Positions 39,401 through 51,400 of a DNA stretch of 64,000 nt are shown piece after piece; position 1 is the first letter of the stretch; each line of letters starts with the position of its first letter. A program made the translations under genes and the position numbers. This stretch comes from Torpedo marmorata (lineage: Eukaryota), in contig OZ360230.1 of assembly GCA_977017645.1 (NCBI GenBank), forward strand, positions 73,842,001 to 73,906,000. Direction: 5' to 3'. A model generated the notes under the pieces. That model did not search any database and had not been told where the DNA came from. It saw nothing but the letters and a program-made list of their open reading frames with translations.

Positions 39401-42400
39401 TATGATTTCATCTCTATGATGTGGGGTGCCTGATTGTTTCCTATCCACCCAATTTCCAATGAAGTCATTTTCAATTTTTTGTTACTATAAGTAGTACTTG
39501 TCACGCATTTCATCCTCAGTGTGTTGATTGAAATAATATAAAATTATCGACAACTTGGTTAGTGAATATTTTTCTCTTCCTTAAAACAAAAATTAAAAAT
39601 GGAGATATGGCTGGAACATCAATTTTGCATGTAGAGATTACTGAAAACCTTTTACACAGGATGCACTTTGTTGAAAGTATGCTGTGACATGCGCCATTGT
39701 AAAAATAGGAAAGCATAAATTGCAAGACGTAAATGAAAAAGACCTTTCATGTTTTCACTAAGCAGTCACATAGCTAATTAAATAAAGCTAAGAAATCATC
39801 TTCTGATCATCAGATGATGTGAATGAACATGCAGAAGTATGAGTCAGTCTCACAAGACTGCATGCTGTTTACATGCCTTTAAAGCAGTGTCTGGATCTTA
39901 GGAATTACTTATTATGCAAGGCACATAGAAATGTAATAAGTGGATGTATAAATGAAAGTTCATTTGCTTGTTCTTTCAGCTAAATGAATTGTTGAGGTCT
40001 CTGGCAGTAAAGTATATTTTTTAATTCCTTTTTGTAAGTTTCAAGTAGGATCTGGAGTGACACAATGAGTTTTAAGTAAAAATTAGCTGTGCCCTGCTCT
40101 GTTATATTGATTTTTCAGGCTGATGCATTTGTCTGTGAAATGTCCTATGCAGATCAACAAATGTAAGATATTAGATTGCACCGCTTCAGAACTTTCATCT
40201 GTTTACATTGACTTTGTTTTCCAAAAACGCAAAACAGCTGGCTAGTCCTCGCACTGATTATTTTGCATGGGAAGAAAGAGAGGAGGAAATTGCACTGTTC
40301 CCTAGAGAAATGCTGGCTGATTGCAATGCGCATGTTGGTGTTTTTGCAATGCACCTGCACATTGCAACAAGGGAGCAGTGAAAATGCTGGAGGTCGAATA
40401 GAGGCACATCTGGCCCACTATGCTGTCCTTCGACTCCCCTCTGAAACCAGAGTCATTCCGCAATGTACTTTGAATCTGGCCCCTCTGCTTGATGCCTCTG
40501 TTTGTTGGTGTGATTAGGACAGCCAATTCATTTAAATTGTGTCACCTATATTTGTGATAATAAGTGTTTTTTTGTTTGAAAACATAATAGGAATTAAAGT
40601 GCACACATGTTGAATATATATTTTTACATTTTTTTTAGCATTTAAAAAAAATTTAACTTCCTGTGTTTCTAAATAGCTAAGATCATCAGAGACATTTAGC
40701 GAGAATGTCTTTGCAGTGCTTCTCAATAGGCCATTGGAATAGCCTGTCGATGGAGTGTCTGCAGTGCCTGAGTCCTCACCACTTGGGGCCACTCTGTCTC
40801 TTGAAATGACTGTAGCAGTGACTCCCTGGAAGTCGGGATCACATAACCTCAGAAGTTAAATGTGATGTGCAGGCTTCCAGTCCATCATGCAACATTTTTT
40901 TGCATCCTCTGAACGCCTTGGAGTGTTTTGACAACCCAAGAGTTATTTTTTTTAAAGCACAAGCACTTTGGATGCATGGCTAAGCAATTCAGCCAGCGTG
41001 TGTGCAGAGAATTCCATAATCAGCAGTTTAGTGAATTAATTGGGGTTTGGGCTATATTGTTGGAGCGAGATTTGTTTACCAGGGCACTTGGATAATGGCC
41101 TTTGTATGAGTACATGGACCTGTTTAAAACATGGGAGTAAAATCAATGCAGAAATCTTATGATCCTCTCCTAACTTCGGCAAAGACCTTGGAAATCTTTC
41201 TCTAGGTCCACACACTGAAATGCATCGCATTCTTGATTTACCTGGGTAAACGTTGAATGCTTAGTGTAAATCTTGCAGCTGATGATGGTATTTTCATGTT
41301 ACCTCTTTGGATGACAATTAGTATCTGATGAAAGAATAAATTATTGAACACTTTGCAGACATTTATTCACTTGAGTACTCATGACTCTTTTTATTTAATT
41401 TTTGTAACTTAAGGTTGGCTCTTTTATGGGAAATAGATCCTTTCACAGATCACAAACTATTTCTGCAAATATCTGAATATGTACCTAATTGTAAACAAAT
41501 ATATACTGTATTCATTTTTCATGTGTGGTGTGTGCATTAATGTTGGGTATAAAACTGAGGGCATAAAAGTCTCTGATAAATCAAACCTTTTCTTTGGAAG
41601 GAAGAAGATTTTTTTTCTGTTAAATGCTTCTTTCCACATCCTTCCCATTATCTCACTCAGTGCAAACCTTCTATATCTGAGCAGCTCATGGCAGTGTTCC
41701 ACAAGATCACCATTGACAAATTCTTGTGTTATCCAGGGTTACACTTTTTTAACTGTTATGATGCCCTTTGTAGGCAATTTGTTTTTCCATTTATGACACG
41801 AGTCCTTAAGCCATTTGTGCCAAGAGCAACTAATTTAGCACAACATCAAGAGACAAAATATGTAGCCTGTATTTTATGTGTGAGCCAGTTCCACATTGAT
41901 TCCACACTGGACCCAAAACACCAATGGCATCGTGAAGAAAGCACGTCAGTGCCTCTACTTCCTCAGGAGTTTGCAGAGGTTTGGTATGACACCAGAAACC
42001 CTGGCAAATTTCTACAGAGGTGGGGTGGAAAGTGTGCTGACCAGTTGCATCATGGTTTGGTATGGGAACACCAATACTCCTGAGCGTAAAGCCCTCCAAA
42101 AGGTAGTGGACACAGCCCAGGATATCACAGGCAAAACCCTCCCCACTATTGAGTACATCTACAGGGAACGCTGCCGTCGGAGGGCAGCAGCAATCATCAA
42201 AGACCCACACTACCCAGCACATACTCTGTTCTCGCTGCTGCCATCAGGAAAGAGGTATAGGTGCCACAAGACTCGCACCACCAGGTTCAGGAACAGCTGC
42301 TACCCCTCCACCATCAGAATGCTCAATAACAAAGTCAGAGACTCATTTAAGGACTCCTGTGCACTTTATTGATTTTCTTTTGTTCTCTCTGTATTGCACA

Positions 42401-45400
42401 GTCAGTTTGTTTACATTCGTTATCTGTTTACAGTTCTTTTATTTGTTTACATGTTTACGCTGTGAACAGTTTATTTTTTGCACTACCAATTAGTGGTAAT
42501 TCTGCCGTGCCCGCAAGAAAAAGGAATCTCAGGGTTGTATGTGATGTCATGTATGTACTCTGACAATAAATCTGAAATCTGAACACCTGAGCTATATGGG
42601 ATTAGCTGTTCTAAATTTCATTATCTATGCCTTCTTTTACGCATACTAAAATCCATCAAATTGAGAATTTATTAAAGAGGAACCAAACCAATCTAGGTGA
42701 ACGTCAGTCAAAATGGCATTCAAGTTTGTTTTGCAGTTACCGGTACTTAGAATAGTTTCATTTGCAGCAGATTTTTCTCTTGACATTTTCAGAACCATTT
42801 TAATAGGGTCAACAATTGGTCAGAAATAAAATGAGTTCTGGCAATGAATGCAGACTGACAAGAAGTTTAAACAGAAACCAAAGAAGTGAAAATTGAAAGA
42901 CATTAGACTTGTTGCTAATGGGCAATTGGGGTTTTGAGAAAGAAAAACATACTGACCCATTACAGATCACTGATTAGTGAGAATTATGGATGATTTTAGG
43001 CACTACAAGATATAAAGAAAAATGCAAGAGGTTTATCAGAATGTAACCACAAATTAACAGTTTCAGTTGAAGAGAAATTTTGGAAAAGTTGAGACTGTTC
43101 TTCCTGCAACAGAAGTGATCGAACAGTTTCCAAAGTTTTTGGGAGAGGAAGCAGAGGGAAAAGCTGCCGACAGTGAGTGAGCCAGTTACTCTGGGCTCTA
43201 GATTTAAAGTCTTTGGCAAACTAGAGAGAAGTGAGACGAGGAGAATTGTTTTCATTCTTTGTGTTGGAGTCTGGGACGTTCTGGGTGCAAGGGAGCTGAT
43301 GTTGGGGTCTGGGACGTTCTGGGTGAAAGGGAGCTGATGTTGGGGTCTGGGACGTTCTGGGTGAAAGGTGCTGATGTTGGGGTCTGGGACGTTCTGGGTG
43401 AAAGGGAGCTGATGTTGGGGTCTGGGACGTTCTGGGTGAAAGGGTGCTGATGTTGGAGTCTGGGACGTTCTGGGTGAAAGGGAGCTGATGTTGGGGTCTG
43501 GGACGTTCTGGGTGAAAGGGTGCTGATGTTGGGGTCTGGGACACTGGGTGAAAGGGTGCTGATGTTGGGGTCTGGGACGTTCTGGGTGAAAGGGTGCTGA
43601 TGTTGGGGTCTGGGACACTGGGTGAAAGGGTGCTGATGTTGGGGTCTGGGACGTTCTGGGTGAAAGGGTGCTGATGTTGGGGTCTGGGACGTTCTGGGTG
43701 AAAGGGTGCTGATGTTGGGGTCTCGGACGTTCTGGGTGAAAGGGTGCTGATGGATGATTCCATAATTTTAAAGGCATGTTGAACAAGTTGTTGACGAGGA
43801 TCGTTAACAAGGTTATGGATAACAAGCAAGATTATAGAACAACAGTGAATCAGCACAGGCACAGAAAGATTGATCTCCTCCTGGGCTGTAGGTTTCTGTA
43901 ATTGTATGATTAGTTTTTCCAAATAGTACCTGAGTAAATGTTATTTGATTTCCATTGCTTAGGAGAAATGTTACTGCTTAATAAATTTTCCAAACTAGTT
44001 GAAACATTCTCACATTTGCCACAAAAAATTATGCTTATAGATTTTGATTCAAATAATTTTAGGTTGAATAAAATCATTTCATTGAAGGCTGTCTTTAAGT
44101 TGCCACATTATTTAATTAACCATCTGTCTTACTATTTTGTTGAACAAGAATTGCAACCTTTATGGTTGTAAAACACATTTACTGACCTTCTGTAGCCCTC
44201 TTAGAAACACCTGTTCATGGACATAGATTATGGGAAATAAGGATGAAATTGCTGAGTGCCATGTGCCTTTCTGAGGATAGTGTGTGAAAAATGATCCTTG
44301 CTCAGGCTATTGAAAATGGAGCAGAGATACTGTAGGTGGTCATTCAGAGTAATGTGTATCATCAGGAGATTTAGTGATCCTGTTAAAGCTTTGATACGGA
44401 ACAGCAGCATTAGTAAATAGGCGTAGCAAAGCAGACTTTCTTGAGTCAGAAGTCTGGTTCAGTTACTATCTCCTGGGACGAGTGGTGAGGCTGTCCATTA
44501 TATGTAGAGCAGAGAGGTGTAATGGTATTACAAATATACTAAGCATTCATGCTATAAAATCACTGAGCTTTTCCTTTGGTATATAGAATTTGCATTTATA
44601 ATCTAGGTAATTAGTGCCATGGGGTGCTATTAAATGATTACGTGATTAACTGGATTATTTTAGGTTATTTTGGTCAGAGGTTATTGAAAATAAAGTTAAT
44701 TTTTCATATTTTATGAATTGCTTGTGAACTGGTGCTATTTACCTAATCATTTATTTTGGGTAAAGCCAAGTTCCAGAACATAAAGCTACCTCAAGACTAG
44801 ATTATGCAAATCATCCTACTCTTGTGATTGGTTTTCTTTGCAGAATTTATATTTGTGATTTGAGAAAGGTTTACTTTCTGTATTTTGTCAAAGTTAACTT
44901 GGTTTCATTGGGTATATCTTCAATAGTGCAGCATGATGTTGGATTCTACCAGGGAGATTTAAGCCTCCTTTGCAGACTTGGTTGAAGAGTTCACTCTTGT
45001 TTTAAGGAGAACAGCAAAAGTTGAATGGTTTGACGGAGAGAGTGAGTGTCACATGGTGTCTGGCTATAACTGTTCATAATACAAATAGCAAAATTCTGGG
45101 GATACATAGGTACAGAGGTAAAAATTTTATTTGAAATTTATTTTAAAATATGCGTGAGCTTTTATTGTTCATGTATGGGATTTGGATGTTATTTTTAAGA
45201 CCATTGTTTAATGTCTGTCTCTCATTGAGTTTCTTTCTTGAACCAGTGCAGTCACAGTGTTGTTGCAGAGAGTTTCGAATTTTTTTATCCAGTGATTAAG
45301 GGGGAATTACGATATATTCCCAATTCGGGGTCTTGTGTGACACAGAGGGGTGGTTGATGGTTTTCCCTTTACCATTTTGCCTTGTTCTTCCATTGGTACA

Positions 45401-48400
45401 GGTTGCAGTTTGTAAAGGTGCTGGCAAAGAAATGTTGATGAGTTCTTGCAGTTGACTTTGAAGGTGGCACATATTGCAGCAAGTGTGCATCAAGTGACGA
45501 AGATATTAAATGTTTTTTGTGAGGGTGACATGCCAATTAGTTAGGCTGCTTTGCTCTGATGGCTCTGTTTTTGAATTTTGCTAGAACGAGCCATGTTCAG
45601 GCAAGAAGAGAACTTTTCCCCATGTTCATTCATATGGATGATGAAAAGGCTTGGGAACTTGGGAGCTGAGATACATGATGGCAGAAAATGCAGCCTTTGA
45701 CGTAGTCTGGCTACCGAGGACTTTTTGTGGATTGCCCAGTTATAGTTATGCTCTGCAATAATCTCCAGAATGTTGATACTAGGGCACTTAGTGATGGTAT
45801 ATATATTGCAAATGAATGCCGTGGTTATGAGTAATTGGAGATGAAGTGGACATTATCTGCTACTTACCATTTCCAACCTGAATATTGTTGTGATCTTGTC
45901 TGTTACAATTCCTGAAGAGCTGCCAATGAGACTGAATGCAGCAATCATTGGTGAACATCTCCAATTCTGGAAAAGCAAAACAATGCAGATGCAGGAATTC
46001 TGAACTAAAACTGCAAAATGCTGGAAATAGCATGGTTTCCTTCTGGGGAGAGCTTGCCTGACAAATCTTTTGGAATTCTTTGAGGAAGTAAAGAGCAGGG
46101 CAGACAGTCAACAGATGTTGTTTACTTGGATTTTCAGAAGGGCTTTAACAAGGTGCCGCACATGAGGTTGCTAAACAAAATGCGTCCCTGTGGAGGGTTT
46201 GAGAAAGTGGCAGTGCTGTCGGAGCTGCTATAATGGCAGCGCTGCCGCTGGTGCGGACCTGGGAGAGCGGGAAGCTGACACTCACACAGGCAGTTGGCTT
46301 CTGGAGACTGGCGGCCGAAGGACTCGCACAGGCTGTGCACTACTGGAGACTGGCTCGTGGGAACCAGATATCGGGACTGGTATTTGAGAGGGTGCAGAAG
46401 GCAAGAAAGGGCTCCTGAAGAGCTGCAGCTGCTGAAAGCTTCCTGATTGCATTGGAAGTTCGAATCTGGGAGCTCAGTTTTGCCAATGGATCAGACAGGA
46501 AACCGTGTGGCTGCAAAGGCTGCGAGAGTGCTGGAGGCCAATCCACGGACATTTTGTGTCTCTGAAGGGTCTCTCTTTTGCTGCTCTTTCGATTATTGTT
46601 GGGAGCGCCATGTTATGCTAGTGGTGCCTCTTTATGTGTCTTCACAGCAAGCAAAAGTTGACAAATTTTGTGTACTTTTGCATGACAATAAAGTAATCTT
46701 GAATCATGAAGATACTATCATGGAGAGAAGATTGGCTAACTGGCAGAAGGCAAAGAATGGGATTGAAAGGGGCCTTTTCCAGCTGGATGCCAGTGACTAG
46801 TGGTGTTGCACGGGGGTTGGTGTTGGGTCCACTTCTTTTCACATTGTATGTTAATAATTTAGATGACAGAAATGTAGCCAATAACTTTGTAGCCAAGTTT
46901 GCAGATGATACCAAGAAACATGGAGGGGCGGATAGATTTGAGGAATCAGGAATTCTGCAGAGGGACTTGGACAGGTAGGGAGAAAGGCTGAAGAAGTGGC
47001 AGATCGAATACAGCAGAGGGGGAACTGTGTAATCATGCACTTTGGTAGAAGGAATAAAGGCATAGACTATTTTCTAAACAGGGAGAGAATTCAAAAATTG
47101 GAGGTCCAAAGGGACTTGGGAGTCCTAGTACAGAGAATTCCCTAAAGGTTAACTTGTAGGTTGAGTCGGTAGTAAGGAAGGTAAATGCAATGTTGGCATT
47201 CATTTTGAGAGGACCAGAATATAAAAGCAAAGATGTAATGCTGAGGCTTTATAAGGCATTGGCCAGACCACATTTGGAGTATTGTGATCAGTTTGGGCCC
47301 CATATCTAAGGAAGGATGTGCTGGCATTGGAGAGGGTCCAGAGGAGATTTACGAGAATGATCCCAGGGATGAGAGGGTTAACATACGAGGACTGTTTGAT
47401 GGCTCTGGGCCTGTACTTGCTAGAGTTTAGAAGGATAAGGGGGGTCTCATTGAAACCTACTGAATATTGAAAGCTGGATAGAGTGAATGTGGAGAAAATG
47501 TTTCCAGTAGTGGGAAAGTCAAGGACCAGAGGGCACAGGCACAGCATAAAGGGCCATCCCTTTAGCGTAGAGATGTGGCGAAATTTCTTCAGTCAGAGGG
47601 TTGTGAAGCTGTGGAATTCATTGCCACAGATGTCTGTGGAGGCCGTCTTTGGGTGTATAGATTGAGGTTGATAGATTCTTGATTAGTAAGGGTATCAAAG
47701 GTTATGGGGAGAAGACTGGAGAATGGGTTGAGAGAAAAAATCCATCAGCCATGATTTGAATGACAGAGCAGATTCGATTGGCCAAAAAGCCTAATTCTGC
47801 TCCCATGTCTTTAGGTCTTATAAATTCTGTGAGTTCAAATTTTATAACTTAACTCAAATTTTGAGGTAGTGATTCTGTAAGGCTGATTTTTCTTAACCCA
47901 ATTGGCCTTAGCAATGGGGGAGGGGTCACCCATATAAAGGATATTTGAATATTGTTTATGTATTTGTTCATGGTATTTCAATTCCCACCTTATTCTTGGT
48001 GATTTCCCAATCTTGGTTTAAAATGTTTTCTTGGTTTATTCTGTGAATTCTTCAAACTGCTTGGAATGTCAGCCAACTTAATGACATCATTGTAGCTTTA
48101 GAACTGAAGTCCACTTGAACTGACAGCAACCAGTTTTGACAAGGGGATGTCTCCTCAAAAAGATACGCAGGTGTCAGCAAAATCAGGTCTATCATCTGAA
48201 CCTTCAGTGTTGTGTTATGAAGATATACAGTAAAATTTATTTTTCAGGAAGTTGCATAAGGACTTTCTGCCAATGCATTTTCAGCACAAATTAGCCAAAT
48301 CAATCCACAAAATTGATTAAAATGAGGTCTAATTTTGCACATTTGCTTAGTATTTTTATATTTTTTTAAAAAATCTGATATGGAACAACTAACACGATGT

Positions 48401-51400
48401 ATTGAGAGATGCAAGGTCCAGAAATAAAATACATTTAAGCCATTCTACATTTCACTCATGTGTACAACAGTACAGTAAGACCCCTGTTGTCTGGAATTCA
48501 AGCAACCATCAGCCTCAAGCAAATTAATTTATTTGCAGATGATGTGCTGTTGTATTTGACAGACACTGCCGAGTCCTTGGCCAGGTTGCAGACCACACTG
48601 GAAGATTACGGCATGATTTTGAGTTACAAAATCAATTTAGAAAAAAGTGAGATCATGCCGTTGACAAAATTTGATTACAGGGAATATCAACAAAGGAGTA
48701 GTTTTAAATGGCAAGCAAACAGTATTAAATATTTAGGAATAATGATTGATAATAATTTGCAGAATTTGTATGGACTTAACTACCTCCCTATGCTTGGAAA
48801 GATTGAAGACGATTTACTTAGGTGGAGGAACCTGCCCATTACTCTAGTGGGCAGGGTGAACTGCATTAAAATGAAGGTGATGCCGAGACTGCAATACCTC
48901 TTTCAGTCCTTGCCAATCCCATTGCAGCGGGTCTTTTTTAAAACACTTAACGGATAAGTAAGGCAATTTATCTGGAGTGGTATGGTCTCCAGAGTTTCCA
49001 TGGAGAAGCTGCCATGGGATTACAATTTGGGGGGTTTGCGATTACCAGATTTTAAGAAATATTATTTAGCAGCCCAGTCGAGGTTTCTTTCATCCTTTTT
49101 CGAGGGGGACGATCCCCCCCCTCGTGGGTCCAAATTGGACTACACACCATAGGAGAGAAAATAGCGAAGGATTTTATTTACAAATGGAACACCAAATTAA
49201 TATCTGGAAGAACAGACAACCCCATTCTAAAACACATAATTAAGATTTGGCAGGAAATCAATGAATGTACTGGAGGGAAGGTGGAAATATAACCAAAGGC
49301 ACCTTTGATCCAAAATGAAACTATACCCATGGCTTTGGGTAACAAAATCTTAAACATTTGGCACCAGAAGGGACTCTGGTATATTGAAGATTGTTATGAG
49401 AAAGGACAACTTATGTCTTTTGAGCAATTGAAGAGTAAATATGATTTGTCTAATGGAACCTTCTACTGTTTTCTTCAACTAAGGTCCTTCTTGAGGGATA
49501 GATGGGGTCCTACAATGACCCCACCTAGGTGTAATGAAATGGAAAAGTTGCTTCGATTGGGAAATGCACCTAAATTCATATCTAGAATGTATTTCGTACT
49601 CCAAAGCGAAAGCCCTAAGCCGGGCCTACAAAGATCGAGAGAGAGGTGGGAGTCGGACTTGGGCATAACAATTCACGAACGATGCTGGTCAGACTGGTGT
49701 TTAGACAGCATGACAGCAGTCATTAATGCTAGATATAGGCTGGTTCAATATAATTTCCTACACCAATTGTATCTCACACCACAAAAACTACACAAGTCAA
49801 AATCAGAAATGTGTTTCAGGTGTGGGATAGAAATTGGATCCTTTTTACACTCCACTTGGTCATGTGCAAAGGTAAGGCCCTTTTGGCATGATTTAGCTAA
49901 CGCACTAACTAGGATCACGGGAGTAGCCTTTCCACTAGTCCCGGAGTTGTATCTTTTAGGAAACCTCGTGGACATAAGCAACAGATTATCTAAATTCCAA
50001 ATTCAATTTGTAAAAGTTGCTCTGTCCGTAGCAAAAAAAATGCATCACAGTTACTTGAAGTCCGACTCCCCCCTTCTCATCACTCGATGGTCTACGGCAG
50101 CGTTTCCCAAACTGGGTTCCGCGAAGAGGCGCAGGGGTCCCGCAAAAGAAATAACTAAAACTTTTAATAATTTTTTTAATTTAAATTACTTTTTAACCTG
50201 TGTGTTGAAATCGCTGCATTTCTGCGACGGCAGCAAGCTGTTGCCCCGACGCTAACAAAACAAAAATGTCGTCTTGATGCCTGACGTCAGCAGCGCAGAC
50301 GAGGGTCCGCGGCAGGGAGTGAGGGGCAGCGAGGAGTGAGGGGCGACCCGGGTCGCGGTGGGGAGCGAGGGGCGGTGGGGGTAGCCAGGCCTGTGGCGGG
50401 GAGCGAGGGGCCGCGGCGGGGGTAGCCAGGCCTGTGGCGGGGAGCGAGGGGCCGTGGCGGGGGTAGCCAGGCCTGTGGTGGGGAGCGAGGGGTGGCGGGG
50501 GTAGCCAGGCTTGTGGCGGGGAGCGAGGGGCCGCGGCGGGGGTAGCCAGGCCTGTGGCGGGGAGCGAGGGGCCACGGCGGGGAATGAGGGGCCGTGGCAG
50601 GGGTAGCCAGGCCTGTGGCGGGGAGCAAGGGGCGGCGGCAGGGGCGGCCCGGACCGCGGTTGGGAACGGGCGGGGTGGCCCGGACCGCGGTGGGGAGCGA
50701 GGGGCGGCGGGGGTAGTCAGGCCTGTGGCGGGGAGCGAGGGGCGGCGGAGGCGACCTGGGTTTTAAACTGTAAATGACGATTGGGGTTCCGCGATTTCCA
50801 AGTGCTCCCCAAAAGTTAAAAAGTTTGGGAAGCCCTGGTCTACGGAAATGTACAGCTGTATCCCCATGGAAAAAATTACATATAGTTTTAGAAATAAATA
50901 TGATAACTTTGTCAAAGTGTGGCATCCGTACTTGGAGCACATTGGTGCTCAGTTGTAATCAAACCCTTGAGGTATGGTATACTGTAAGGTATAATTATTT
51001 TAAGAGTGTGGCATCCCAAATACTTGGACAAAAGTTGTAAGCACTGACGGTACGTTTAGTTTTCTTTTCTTTTTCTTTTTCTTTCTCTTTTGTCTCGGTT
51101 TTATTCTTTTTGGGTGGGGAAGGAAGGGTTAAGGGGTGTAATGTATTCTGTACTTGATACGTTTGAAATTTATGTATATTCATGATTGTTTATTAATGTT
51201 TTGTGAAAATTTCTGAAAATGAAAAATAAAATATTTTTTTTAAAAACCATCAGCCTTAAGCAACTGGAAAAAAAAATTGCAGAAAATAAATAGGTAAAAA
51301 TAAATATGAAAGTTTAAAATTGGCGTGCCTTGCCGTTAGTTCGCTAATCAAGCAACCGGAATATTCACTTATCCGGTATTTATCAATCCTCATAGGTGCT

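Larger units (their letters stand above)
48523..51244 (+). mobile_element. 5'-truncated L1 (ORF2 RT to C-terminus, 3'UTR, A-rich tail) with 19-bp TSD
   Basis: [49 protein letters not shown]; CFRC..HSTWSC zinc knuckle; TSD AACCATCAGCCT(C/T)AAGCAA at 48504-48522 and 51245-51263. Confidence 0.92.

Noticed and set aside
43262-43750. CRISPR-like array
   Set aside because: Units are head-to-tail with no unique spacers, there are no cas genes, and the context is a eukaryotic intron
42974-43922. Long minus-strand ORFs (283 aa and 233 aa) with repetitive Pro/Gln/Thr peptides
   Set aside because: Artefacts of the stop-free C-rich strand of the 38-bp minisatellite; the unit length is not a multiple of 3
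50252-50940. Pro/Arg-rich ORFs of 107-217 aa
   Set aside because: Translations of the GC-rich minisatellite
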